DNA of 64,000 bases, taken from positions 1,408,001-1,472,000 of the forward strand of contig OZ241892.1 in NCBI GenBank assembly GCA_965203485.1, read 5' to 3'. Under the pieces are notes generated by a model. The model made no database searches. It was not told the origin of the DNA and was given only the letters and a program-made list of their open reading frames with translations. The stretch is from Longimicrobiales bacterium. Its GTDB lineage: Bacteria; Gemmatimonadota; Gemmatimonadetes; Longimicrobiales; Gaopeijiaceae. Shown in pieces: positions 38,501 to 45,336 of the stretch. A program made the translations under genes and the position numbers. The stretch's first letter is position 1. Every line of letters begins with the position of its first letter.

Positions 38501-41500
38501 CGTCGTTCTGCGCCGTGACCAACGCGCCGTTCAGCGCCAAGCCGTTCGCCTGCACGCTCACGCCGTCGCCGTCGAAGTCGCCTTCCTGCACCGTGTACCG
38601 CAACTCGAGCCGATTCTGGTTCCAGCTCCTCGAACCCATCACCGCCCGCCGCGTCTCCGTCCCCACCGTCAGGTCCACCGACGGCAACCCCCCCGAGGCG
38701 TCCACAGCGATGCGTTGCGTGAAGAACACGCGCACACGCACGATCTCGCCCCGGTAGTACGTGCTGTCGCCCCCCGGCGCGGCCCGGAAATCGATCCGCT
38801 GAACCGTCAGCGGCGGCGGCGCGGCCTCGTCGTCGTTCACGATCGTGCCCTTGACCGTCCGAGTCGCGAGCTCCGCGCCGGTCGCGCCGCTCAACGCCAG
38901 CACGACCGTCTCGTCGTCCTCGACCGCGTCGTCGCCCCGAACCTTCACCCACACCGTCCGCAACGTGTCGCCCGGCTCGAACGTCAGCGTCCCGCCATCG
39001 ACCGCCGCGTAGTCCACCCCCGAAGTCGCCGTCCCGCTCCCCGCGTCCGCGTACTCCACCGTCACGCGTGACGACGACGGCGGCCCAAGCCACACATCGA
39101 ACTCCAACTCCGTCTCCGTCCCTGCGCCGCCCTCGGCCACGCTCGCCCCGCCCGCCGACAGCGTCGGGCCCTGCGGCCGCGCCCGGCTGCCGTCCACCTT
39201 GCGCGACAGCCCGCCCTCCGCCGCGCCGTGCGCAGGGTCCGCGACGACCGCCGGATTGTCCTTCGCCGTCACCAACGCGCCGTTCAGCGCCAAGCCGTTC
39301 GCCGGAACGCTCACGCCGTCGCCGTCGAAGTCGCCCGCCTGCACACGGTAGCTGAAGCCCAGGTAGTTCTGCCGCGACGAGTTGTACCGAGCGCGCCGCG
39401 TCGCCGTGCCCACCGTCAGGTCCAGGTACGGCTCGCCGCCCGACATGTCCACCGCGACGTGCTGCGTGAAGAACACCCGCACGCGCACCACTTCGTTCAA
39501 GTAGTACGTGCTGTCGCCGGCCCCCAGGCCCCGGAAGTTGAACCGCTGAACCGTCAGCGCCGGCGGCGCGGCCTCGTCGTCGTTCACGATCGTGCCCGCG
39601 ACCGTCCGAGTCGCGAGCTCCGCGCCGGTCGCGCCGCTCAACGCCAGCACGACCGTCTCGTCGTCCTCGACCGCGTCGTCGCCCCGAACCTTCACCCACA
39701 CCGTCCGCAACGTGTCGCCCGGCTCGAACGTCAGCGTCCCGCCCTCGACCGCCGCGTAGTCCACCCCCGAAGTCGCCGTCCCGCTCCCCGCGTCCGCGTA
39801 CTCCACCGTCACGCGTGACGACGACGGCGACAGCCGCACCGCGAACCCCAGGTCCGTCTCCGTCCCCGCGCCGCCCTCGGCCACGCTCGCCCCGACCGCC
39901 GACAGCGTCGGGCCCTGCGGCCGCGCCCGGCTGCCGTCCACCTTGCGCGACAGCCCGCCCTCCGCCGCGCCGTGCGCAGGGTCCGCGACGACCGCCGGAT
40001 TGTCCTTCGCCGTCACCAACGCGCCGTTCAGCGCCAAGCCGTTCGCCGGAACGCTCACGCCGTCGCCGTCGAAGTCGCCCGCCTGCACACGGTAGCTGAA
40101 GCCCAGGTAGTTCTGCCGCGACGAGTTGTACCGAGCCCGCCGCGTCGCCGTGCCCACCCTCAGCTCCAGGTACGGCTCGCCGCCCGACGCGTCCACCGCG
40201 ACGTGCTGCGTGAAGAACACCCGCACGCGCACCACTTCGTTCAAGTAGTACGTGCTGTCGCCGGCCCCCAGGCCCCGGAAGTTGAACCGCTGAACCGTCA
40301 GCGCCGGCGGCGCGGCCTCGTCGTCGTTCACGATCGTGCCCGCGACCGTCCGAGTCGCGAGCTCCGCGCCGGTCGCGCCGCTCAACGCCAGCACGACCGT
40401 CTCGTCGTCCTCGACCGCATCGTCGCCCCGAACCTTCACCCACACCGTCCGCAACGTGTCGCCCGGCTCGAACGTCAGCGTCCCGCCATCGACCGCCGCG
40501 TAGTCCACCCCCGAAGTCGCCGTCCCGCTCCCCGCGTCCGCGTACTCCACCGTCACCCGCGCCGCAGCCGCCGGCGACAGCCGCACCGCGAACCCCAGGT
40601 CCGTCTCCGTCCCCGCGCCGCCCTCCGCCACGCTCGCCCCGACCGCCGACAGCGTCGGACCCTGCGGCCGCGCCCGGCTGCCGTCCACCCTGTGCGCCGC
40701 GCCGCCCTCGACCCCGGCGTGCGCCGTCTCCGCCCGGACCGAAGCGTCGTTCTGCGCCGTGACCAACGCGCCGTTCAGCGCCAAGCCGTTCGCCTGCACG
40801 CTCACGCCGTCGCCGTCGAAGTCGCCTTCCTGCACCGTGTACCGCAACTCGAGCCGATTCTGGTTCCAGCTCCTCGAACCCATCACCGCCCGCCGCGTCT
40901 CCGTCCCCACCGTCAGGTCCACCGACGGCAACCCCCCCGAGGCGTCCACAGCGATGCGTTGCGTGAAGAACACGCGCACACGCACGATCTCGCCCCGGTA
41001 GTACGTGCTGTCGCCCCCCGGCGCGGCCCGGAAATCGATCCGCTGAACCGTCAGCGGCGGCGGCGCGGCCTCGTCGTCGTTCACGATCGTGCCCTTGACC
41101 GTCCGAGTCGCGAGCTCCGCGCCGGTCGCGCCGCTCAACGCCAGCACGACCGTCTCGTCGTCCTCGACCGCGTCGTCGCCCCGAACCTTCACCCACACCG
41201 TCCGCAACGTGTCGCCCGGCTCGAACGTCAGCGTCCCGCCATCGACCGCCGCGTAGTCCACCCCCGAAGTCGCCGTCCCGCTCCCCGCGTCCGCGTACTC
41301 CACCGTCACCCGCGCCGCAGCCGCCGGCGACAGCCGCACCGCGAACCCCAGGTCCGTCTCCGCCCCCGCGCCGCCCTCCGCCACGCTCGCCCCGACCGCC
41401 GACAGCGTCGGACCCTGCGGCCGAGCCCGGCTACCGTCCACCTTGCGCGACAGCCCGCCCTCCGCCGCGCCGTGCGCAGGGTCCGCGACGACCGCCGGAT

Positions 41501-41936
41501 TGTCCTTCGCCGTCACCAACGCGCCGTTCAGCGCCAAGCCGTTCGCCGGAACGCTCACGCCGTCGCCGTCGAAGTCGCCCGCCTGCACACGGTAGCTGAA
41601 GCCCAGGTAGTTCTGCCGCGACGAGTTGTACCGAGCCCGCCGCGTCGCCGTGCCAACCGTCAGGTCCAGGTACGGCTCGCCGCCCGACATGTCCACCGCG
41701 ACGTGCTGCGTGAAGAACACCCGCACGCGCACCACTTCGTTCAAGTAGTACGTGCTGTCGCCGGCCCCCAGGCCCCGGAAGTTGAACCGCTGAACCGTCA
41801 GCGCCTGGGCTTCAGCTTCGCTGGAAGGAATTCCTCCGATCAACGCCAGCAGAAACGGAACGGCGAAAGCTGTCCAGGCTCTGCCGCTAGAGCTGGACGC
41901 CGAGCGGCATACGCCCAAGACCGCCTTCAGCACCAC
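29535..41936 (-). CDS. Giant (4133 aa) surface adhesin: about 17 Ig-like DxDxDG domains, 9 Calx-beta domains, putative-Ig and cadherin-like domains, C-terminal autotransporter-like beta-barrel
   Basis: Signal peptide ending AEAQA. Calx-beta 'TATSGVDY...TLTFEPG...V.V.GDDAVEDDET'. Cadherin-like 'VDLSEHFRDPDGDELRY'. Amphipathic beta-strand C-terminus 'WTFWGQAG...LGLQGAVRF'. Confidence 0.85.
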   Translation of the reverse strand: MVLKAVLGVCRSASSSSGRAWTAFAVPFLLALIGGIPSSEAEAQALTVQRFNFRGLGAGDSTYYLNEVVRVRVFFTQHVAVDMSGGEPYLDLTVGTATRRARYNSSRQNYLGFSYRVQAGDFDGDGVSVPANGLALNGALVTAKDNPAVVADPAHGAAEGGLSRKVDGSRARPQGPTLSAVGASVAEGGAGAETDLGFAVRLSPAAAARVTVEYADAGSGTATSGVDYAAVDGGTLTFEPGDTLRTVWVKVRGDDAVEDDETVVLALSGATGAELATRTVKGTIVNDDEAAPPPLTVQRIDFRAAPGGDSTYYRGEIVRVRVFFTQRIAVDASGGLPSVDLTVGTETRRAVMGSRSWNQNRLELRYTVQEGDFDGDGVSVQANGLALNGALVTAQNDASVRAETAHAGVEGGAAHRVDGSRARPQGPTLSAVGASVAEGGAGTETDLGFAVRLSPAAAARVTVEYADAGSGTATSGVDYAAVDGGTLTFEPGDTLRTVWVKVRGDDAVEDDETVVLALSGATGAELATRTVAGTIVNDDEAAPPALTVQRFNFRGLGAGDSTYYLNEVVRVRVFFTQHVAVDASGGEPYLELRVGTATRRARYNSSRQNYLGFSYRVQAGDFDGDGVSVPANGLALNGALVTAKDNPAVVADPAHGAAEGGLSRKVDGSRARPQGPTLSAVGASVAEGGAGTETDLGFAVRLSPSSSRVTVEYADAGSGTATSGVDYAAVEGGTLTFEPGDTLRTVWVKVRGDDAVEDDETVVLALSGATGAELATRTVAGTIVNDDEAAPPALTVQRFNFRGLGAGDSTYYLNEVVRVRVFFTQHVAVDMSGGEPYLDLTVGTATRRARYNSSRQNYLGFSYRVQAGDFDGDGVSVPANGLALNGALVTAKDNPAVVADPAHGAAEGGLSRKVDGSRARPQGPTLSAGGASVAEGGAGTETELEFDVWLGPPSSSRVTVEYADAGSGTATSGVDYAAVDGGTLTFEPGDTLRTVWVKVRGDDAVEDDETVVLALSGATGAELATRTVKGTIVNDDEAAPPPLTVQRIDFRAAPGGDSTYYRGEIVRVRVFFTQRIAVDASGGLPSVDLTVGTETRRAVMGSRSWNQNRLELRYTVQEGDFDGDGVSVQANGLALNGALVTAQNDASVRAETAHAGVEGGAAHRVDGSRARPQGPTLSAVGASVAEGGAGTETDLGFAVRLSPAAAARVTVEYADAGSGTATSGVDYAAVDGGTLTFEPGDTLRTVWVKVRGDDAVEDDETVVLALSGATGAELATRTVAGTIRDDDEAAPPALTVQRFNFRGLGAGDSTYYLNEVVRVRVFFTQHVAVDASGGEPYLDLRVGTATRRARYNSSRQNYLGFSYRVQAGDFDGDGVSVPANGLALNGALVTAKDNPAVVADPAHGAAEGGLSRKVDGSRARPQGPTLSAGGASVAEGGAGTETELEFDVWLGPPSSSRVTVEYADAGSGTATSGVDYAAVEGGTLTFEPGETLKTVRVTVRGDDAVEDDETVVLALSGATGAELATRTVKGTIRDDDEAPPALTVKRFNFRGLGAGDSTYYLNEVVRVRVFFTQHVAVDASGGEPYLDLRVGTATRRARYNSSRQNYLGFSYRVQAGDFDGDGVSVPANGLALNGALVTAKDNPAVVADPAHGAAEGGLSRKVDGSRARPQGPTLSAGGASVAEGGAGTETELEFDVWLGPPSSSRVTVEYADAGSGTATSGVDYAAVEGGTLTFEPGETLKTVRVTVRGDDAVEDDETVVLALSGATGAELATRTVKGTIRDDDGSRPRVSIDSLAVHEPGPGETVALSFAMSLSAPAARQVTVRYRDAGTGTATPGTDYDAVTPGSVVFAPGDTTQALEVTVRGDALDEPAETIVLALANPVNADLPNGYAAGVGTIEDDDDAPTLSAESPSVEEGNSGGRRLTFTLALDRPSGRGLALHYADAGTGTATSGADYEEVSPDTLFFEPGELRKSVDVMILGDTLQELDETVVLRLSSPDSTVLAVSEALITGSIRDDDGDDLVPSFGDALVSAQRWFRACEIRTLQLPPAEGGNPPLTYGLAPALPSGMKFDAERRTIAGTPRQEQPVSTYRYTATDEDGDSATLSFTAQVELADNCFLDRPDGPEADGDPLATDDAGSEAPSTVDDEDGEPKQETLSETDADSGLPTGPAVGAQSSALSVQRFNFRGLATSDSTYYRDEVVRVRVFFTQHVTVNTVGGKPYLDLTIGTTTRRAAYNSSRQNYLGFSYRVQAGDFDSDGVSVPANGLALNGARITAQNDTSAHANVAHDSATGGASRKVDGGKYRPPEVRGVTFSNSPASGDTYGYGEKIEATVAVSHRVLVTTTGGTPTLALTIGAHTRQATLTRAGRRTRLTFSYTVQAGDVAPAGASIAANALSLNGGAITHDADTATHAALAHGAIAADSTRKVNGRRGRPPKVEGIAFGTAPKDSVYWRGDTIAVRVGFDDSVAVIATGGSPQVALTIGTVTRQAMFSASNGKALEFAYVVQATDRDADGVSIAANALALNGATIRGTGAASGRDADVTHPLVKASVARTVDGSKVRAPAVRSVAFVGSAPYGGTYYYDTELRVEVVFDRSVVVDTARGSPRLALAVGAQRRHAAFAPSASTATTLMFAYRVQSADMDADGAGVDANALGLNGGAIKAEADSAVAANLTHDALAADPTRKVDGRPRITALEFYRPPRAPPPPPQGVYGYDERIWVLARFDQEMVLEQQALLSIEVGTDTLRLGSHSRLRMADSAVAFYYTVTRDAVDTDGLRIPKGVLTLSGGSLRAAADGVTNARLDHDGVRADSNRRVNGRLTPAPRPVVYFQGSPANGSTFTRHERIYIGVSYSAGVAVTGTPELTLNLGTGTRQLAAVGYRSRGLLFEHEVQPGDLDEDGISVSANTLSLPSGATIRSVADTSVVAVMTHDSVPASPSHKVDGRQVGAARVKATWIGPPPSADSTYTRDEVFYVYVDFDRNVAVDTTGGRPRIALGVGDSTRHATYRFTLTELPSRLGFEYVVQAGDRDADGIEIAANALELNGGSITAPDDTVAAELSHAAVRADSAYKVDGGRLDAPRVRWMGFDVDAPASGDTYLRGDLVLVTVAFDRDAALDTVGGRPRLALQVGDSTRYATYLGPPRTRTHHGFEYVVQATDRDADGLSVAANALELNGGTITAPGGTTAAVLTHDSVPTSAAHKVDGRQVGAAKVKATWIGPPPSADSTYTRDEVFYVYVDFDRNVAVDTVGGRPRIALGVGDSTRYATYGFTMLELPSRLGFEYVVQAGDRDADGIEIAANALELNGGSITAPDDTVAAELSHAAVRADSAYKVDGGRLDAPRVRWMGFDVDAPASGDTYLRGDLVLVTVAFDRDAALDTVGGRPRLALQVGDSTRYATYLGPPRTRTHHGFEYVVQATDRDADGLSVAANALELNGGTITAPGGTTAAVLTHDSVPASAAHKVDGSRTAGDAEPEENRAPEVASAIAPMTMEVASPAAVVDLSEHFRDPDGDELRYFSVSAAPRSVRADVAGSALTVDPLAVGESLVTVRAADPDGAEAEQSFMVTVEASRTDRARIMKRSLAAFGRAVGTGAVEAIGGRLGAADDNPGATGEAQLQVGGRTLSCVGAGERCDLRELARQATGVLGLRMSQGAGGLASALWAAANGSHDADALRGLAGPFGQPAEIGATTSLGSAADFGATVGKATGPGVPFARRPGGRAGWGRLVTVDPVSREELLGRSSFRFSPGADRQRSPAGWTFWGQAGAGGFKGRPEDDLVLDGTVRSAYLGADYRFGAGPLVGLALSRTTSSIGFESGINGTGAVDARLTSLHPYAQWSPRAGLNVWGLVGAGRGTAELSEDATGRDFATNIGMAMAAAGVRQRLTGALAVKADAFAVRTDADEARELAGVVANVQRLRLASEVGGRWSLSSGSAITSRVEVGARFDGGDAETGAGAEAGAGIGYVHDGIGLSVDARGRALVAHQASSFREWGASVAIRLRPSREAGGLSFTLEPTWGNAASGMAMLWRDGIGRGASGASLGASSASLAGGGPLAGGRANSSPGRLRMEMDYAIVLADGGRVAPFGRWAAESGSARRLNVGVRLSVLEAATLDLFGEQVSGGAEPTGRRLGLQGAVRFR
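31551..33110 (-). repeat. Intragenic tandem duplication, 2 x 780 bp (260 aa)
   Basis: CCCGTCCACCTTGTGCG recurs at 31551, 32331 and 33111. The ORF track shows duplicated shadow ORFs offset by 780 bp. Confidence 0.93.
36585..41805 (-). repeat. Seven near-identical units of about 750 bp arranged A-B-A-A-B-A-A (higher-order period 2244 bp)
   Basis: Unit anchors at 41791, 41044, 40291, 39547, 38800, 38047 and 37303 give spacings 747/753/744/747/753/744. Confidence 0.93.
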
Positions 41937-42024
41937 ATTGCTAACGATACGCCTCCACTGCCTTAGTGCCTTTTGGGGCCGGCTTCAGCCCGCATCATCC
42001 CGAACGGCCCGCGGTGAAGGGGTG

Positions 42025-42083
42025 GCGTGCGGCGGCCGGTAGGTTCAAGGTGCCACGCCGAGAACCGGCGACCCGCCGCACGC
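42025..42083 (-). promoter_or_regulatory. Stem-loop in the adhesin 5' leader
   Basis: Perfect 11-bp inverted repeat GCGTGCGGCGG / CCGCCGCACGC, with inner CCGGT/ACCGG or GGTTC/GAACC pairing. Confidence 0.45.
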
Positions 42084-42096
42084 AAACGCCGAGGGT

Positions 42097-42126
42097 AAGA
42101 TACTGGAGGGGGACTGCTTCTGTCAA
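42097..42126 (-). promoter_or_regulatory. Putative sigma70 promoter for the giant adhesin
   Basis: Minus strand TTGACA (42126-42121), 18-nt spacer, TATCTT (42102-42097), about 160 nt upstream of the start codon. Confidence 0.6.
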
Positions 42127-42542
42127 TAAGTCGGTGCGCGTCGAGGTTCGGCCCGACGAGGTGGCGGGCGAGGCGGGCGCGTTGCTGTGCCGCCGAGGCG
42201 TTGGAGCGCGAGCGGCGTGGACCGTTGGATGAGCGAGCGCATCGACGACGCTCGGGATCCACCGGATTCGCCATTCGCTGACCGAGCTGGTGCGGACGGT
42301 CTGCCTGCCGGCGGTCCGGGGCCGGCCCGTCAGGACGCACGGCCCGCGCCGGCTCGAACGTGCCATCAATCAAGACCGGATGGAACCTGCGTCGGCCTGC
42401 TGAGCGCGTGCTGCGAGCGCCCACCGGGTTCACGGTGCTCGGACGCCGCGTCACGACCATTGCCGGCCGCTCCGCCGCTCCGCGCCTAGCCTAGGCAGAG
42501 CGCCCGTGGAAAGACTTGTAGACACGGCTCGGTCTCGCGTAC

Positions 42543-44138
42543 CTAGTCGGTCAGCCCCGGCGATGCGGCGCGTACGGCGTCTCGGGCCTGCCTAGCGAAT
42601 CCTGGACCGTAGCGCATCGCGTACTGGAGCGGCCCCAGAACGCGTTCCTGCGCCTTGCCGTCCGGCCAGAGGTTGACCTGGGCCTTCTCGAGCTGGCCCA
42701 GCACGGTCGAATTCTTGCGCTTCACGGCCCGCGCAATCTTCTTTTCCAGCGCGTGGAGCGCAGACAGGGTGGCGTTCCTTGCGCCCTCGACTGCACCCTG
42801 CAACGTCGGATCGATGTCGCCGACCGCCCCGGCCAGTTCGTCGGCCTTCGCCGCAGTTGCCTTGCGCCAGCCCAGCAACGGCTCGCTTGCGGCGTCCGGC
42901 ATTCCCTCGCGGGCGATACGGCTCGCGACGGCCGCGCCGTCCTTCGCCTCGGCGGCCGACAGGCCGAACTTGTCGAGCACCTGGTCGACCTTGCGCTCCA
43001 CGACGAGAAGCGAGGCTCGCGGCGCGGCCACGGGAGGTTCGAGCGAGTGCACGCGGAACAATTCGCCCAGCTGCCCGAAGTACGCGAGCTCCGCCGGGCC
43101 TCCGACGTAGGCCAGCGTCGGAAGCAAGTAGCTCTCCACCACGGGACGAAGCAGCACGTTCGGAGACGCCGGGAAGTCGCGGCTCCGCAAGAGGTCGCGA
43201 ACCCGGCGCTCGGCAAGCTCCTTGCCTGACCGGCGCAATCTGAACCCGCTTGACACGCGTTGCAGGCGGTCTCGTCCGTCGGGGGTGTGGAGGAACACGT
43301 TGAGCGCACCGTCGATCAGGGGGACTTGCAGCGCATAGCCGGCGCGCTTCAGCCGGGCGGCGGCGGCGGCCAGCGCCGCCTCGCTGCGGCCGGGATGATC
43401 CGTCTCCGCTTGCAGCAGGGGCAGCGCCGCCTCCCTCACAGTGGGCTCCGAGGCGTCGACGAAGCCGAGCGGCGCGTCCTCGAGCAGGCTCGCAAGAACA
43501 TCCGCGTAGGCGGTGGCCATGGTGGCCTCCGGGCCGTGGGTCCGCCGCGCGAGAGCGAGCGTCTCGGCGAAGAAGTCGTTTGGGGGCAAGAGACCCGCGA
43601 GCTGGTCCACCAGCGTCTGGGCGCCCGGGCCGAGGGGGATCCGCGCCAGCGACGAACGGCCCTCGCCAGGGACGCCCTTCAAGAACATTCGGTGCAACTG
43701 GTTGGCGCCGTCGACGAAGTGGGCGCGGGCGGCTTCGTTCCAGTCGTGGTCGTCGGATGCGATCCAGAACAGCGGCATCACCGGCTTGCCGGTGGCCTCG
43801 CCAAGGTCTTCGGCGAGCCGTTCGGCGGAAAGGGCCTTGTAGAGGCCGTACAGCGGTCCACCGAACAGGCCCGGTTGCTGTCCAGTCGTGACGAAGTATC
43901 CCCCAGCGTTCACTACCTCGGCGAGGCGCCGGCGGGCCGCCTTCCCCAGAGGCCGAATCAAGGACGCCGCGCGGGCCAGGCGATCTGGTCCCGCGCTCTC
44001 GTCCAGGGCCTTCGCCTTCCTAAGGTACGACGCCCGCTCCGACGGCGAGCCGAAGTAGAACTCTCGAGCCGAGCCGGCGCCCGCCAAGTAGTCGCGCACA
44101 AGTCGCGGTCCGCCCAGGGGCCGGGCGACGAAGCGCAT
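42543..44138 (-). CDS. bshC: Bacillithiol biosynthesis cysteine-adding enzyme BshC
   Basis: VTTGQQPGLFGGPLYGLYKA, PLFWIASDDHDW, SPNVLLRPVVESYLLPTLAYVGGPAELAYFGQ, QERV. Confidence 0.92.
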   Translation of the reverse strand: MRFVARPLGGPRLVRDYLAGAGSAREFYFGSPSERASYLRKAKALDESAGPDRLARAASLIRPLGKAARRRLAEVVNAGGYFVTTGQQPGLFGGPLYGLYKALSAERLAEDLGEATGKPVMPLFWIASDDHDWNEAARAHFVDGANQLHRMFLKGVPGEGRSSLARIPLGPGAQTLVDQLAGLLPPNDFFAETLALARRTHGPEATMATAYADVLASLLEDAPLGFVDASEPTVREAALPLLQAETDHPGRSEAALAAAAARLKRAGYALQVPLIDGALNVFLHTPDGRDRLQRVSSGFRLRRSGKELAERRVRDLLRSRDFPASPNVLLRPVVESYLLPTLAYVGGPAELAYFGQLGELFRVHSLEPPVAAPRASLLVVERKVDQVLDKFGLSAAEAKDGAAVASRIAREGMPDAASEPLLGWRKATAAKADELAGAVGDIDPTLQGAVEGARNATLSALHALEKKIARAVKRKNSTVLGQLEKAQVNLWPDGKAQERVLGPLQYAMRYGPGFARQARDAVRAASPGLTD

Positions 44139-44875
44139 TACGCCACCGCCACGAGGATGCAACGCGGGGACTCCGGCGACCACGGCGCTTGGTCGTAGCC
44201 GCCGAACTCGAAGCGCGGACGGAGACCTGCAGCCGCCAGCATCGCCTGCAGGGTGCGCGGCTCGTGCAGGCGGACGCGCTCCACGAACTCGCGGCCGGGA
44301 AGCCCTGCGCCCGGCCCGATCGTGATCCGCTTCTCGACGATCCGGCCGCCGTCCACCAAGCGCCTGCGTTGCGTGACCACCCTGCCGGCCACCGTCGTCT
44401 CGTCGTCCTCCTTGAGATTGGCCGTGACGTAGCCGACGTTCAGGAAGTCGAGCAGGAACACGCCGCCGCTCACGACGACCCGGCGAACTTCCCGAAGCAC
44501 TCCGAGGTCGTCCGCCTCGTCGTCGAAGTAGCCGAACGACGTGAAGTAGGAAGTTACGACGTCGAACGTCCCGGTCCCGAAGGGGAGCCGCCGCATGTCG
44601 CCCCGGGCCAACGCGGCGTCCGGGGCGGTTCGCCGGGCGGCCTCCAGCATGGGAAGCGAGAGGTCCAAGCCGGTCGCGCGGTGGCCGGTGCGGCCGAGTT
44701 CGGCCAAGTGCCTGCCAGCGCCGCAAGCAAGGTCGAGCACGCGGGCGCGCGATCCTGCCGGAACGGCCACCTCCAGGAGCTTGACGGCGCGGCGCGCCTC
44801 TTCGCGGTCGCGATGCGGATAGAGAGCCAGGTACTCGCGCCCGAACCATTCGCCGAACCACGAGAGCCGATTCAT
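44138..44875 (-). CDS. Class I SAM-dependent methyltransferase (NmbA-like candidate)
   Basis: WFGEWF...YLALYPHRDREEA, VLDLACGAGRH, GDMR, YFTSFGYF. TAATG overlap with bshC. Confidence 0.85.
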   Translation of the reverse strand: MNRLSWFGEWFGREYLALYPHRDREEARRAVKLLEVAVPAGSRARVLDLACGAGRHLAELGRTGHRATGLDLSLPMLEAARRTAPDAALARGDMRRLPFGTGTFDVVTSYFTSFGYFDDEADDLGVLREVRRVVVSGGVFLLDFLNVGYVTANLKEDDETTVAGRVVTQRRRLVDGGRIVEKRITIGPGAGLPGREFVERVRLHEPRTLQAMLAAAGLRPRFEFGGYDQAPWSPESPRCILVAVA

Positions 44876-45336
44876 CGCGGTCCCTTGTGGTAGGGCTCGT
44901 TCCGGAGGATGGCGCCGGCGCGGTAGAGCTGTTCGGCGAGCACTAGCCGGGCGAGGTCGTGCGGCAAGGTGAAGCTGGAGAGGGACAGGGTCCGCTCGCA
45001 CTCGCCGCGCAACCGTTCCGAGAGCCCGAACGCGCCGCCGATCACGAAGTGGACGCCGCGTTCCGATCCCGTCGCCGCCCGCTCCAGCCACCGCGCGAGT
45101 TCGGCGGACGAGAACGGATCGCCCTCGCGCGACAACGCCACGCGCAAGTGTCGCGCCCGCAGCTTGGCCCGAATGCCCGCCTCCTCCCGGGCGATGACTT
45201 TGCGGGCACACCTGCCCCTGCCCTGCGGGGCTTCGACGGCTTCGAAGCGCCAGTAGCGGGCTGCCCGCCGTTCGTATTCGCGAACTGGCGCAGCCAGCAA
45301 GCCGGGCTTTCCCACCGCCACTACGCAGATACGCAT
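44872..45336 (-). CDS. rlmH: 23S rRNA pseudouridine-1915 N3-methyltransferase
   Basis: VVAVGK, FVIGGAFGL, LSLSSFTLPHDLARLVLAEQLYRA...PYHK. Confidence 0.95.
   Translation of the reverse strand: MRICVVAVGKPGLLAAPVREYERRAARYWRFEAVEAPQGRGRCARKVIAREEAGIRAKLRARHLRVALSREGDPFSSAELARWLERAATGSERGVHFVIGGAFGLSERLRGECERTLSLSSFTLPHDLARLVLAEQLYRAGAILRNEPYHKGPR

Noticed and set aside
36585..41805. Repeat array as CRISPR or insertion sequences
   Set aside because: The units are about 750 bp, in-frame and protein-coding, with no spacers, terminal inverted repeats, cas or transposase genes.
31431..41966. Very long antisense or alternate-frame ORFs over the adhesin (e.g. 31431-35999 +, 37687-41196 -, 29509-33078 -)
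   Set aside because: Arg/Gly/His-rich shadow translations expected from high GC and repeat structure. They show no domain motifs.
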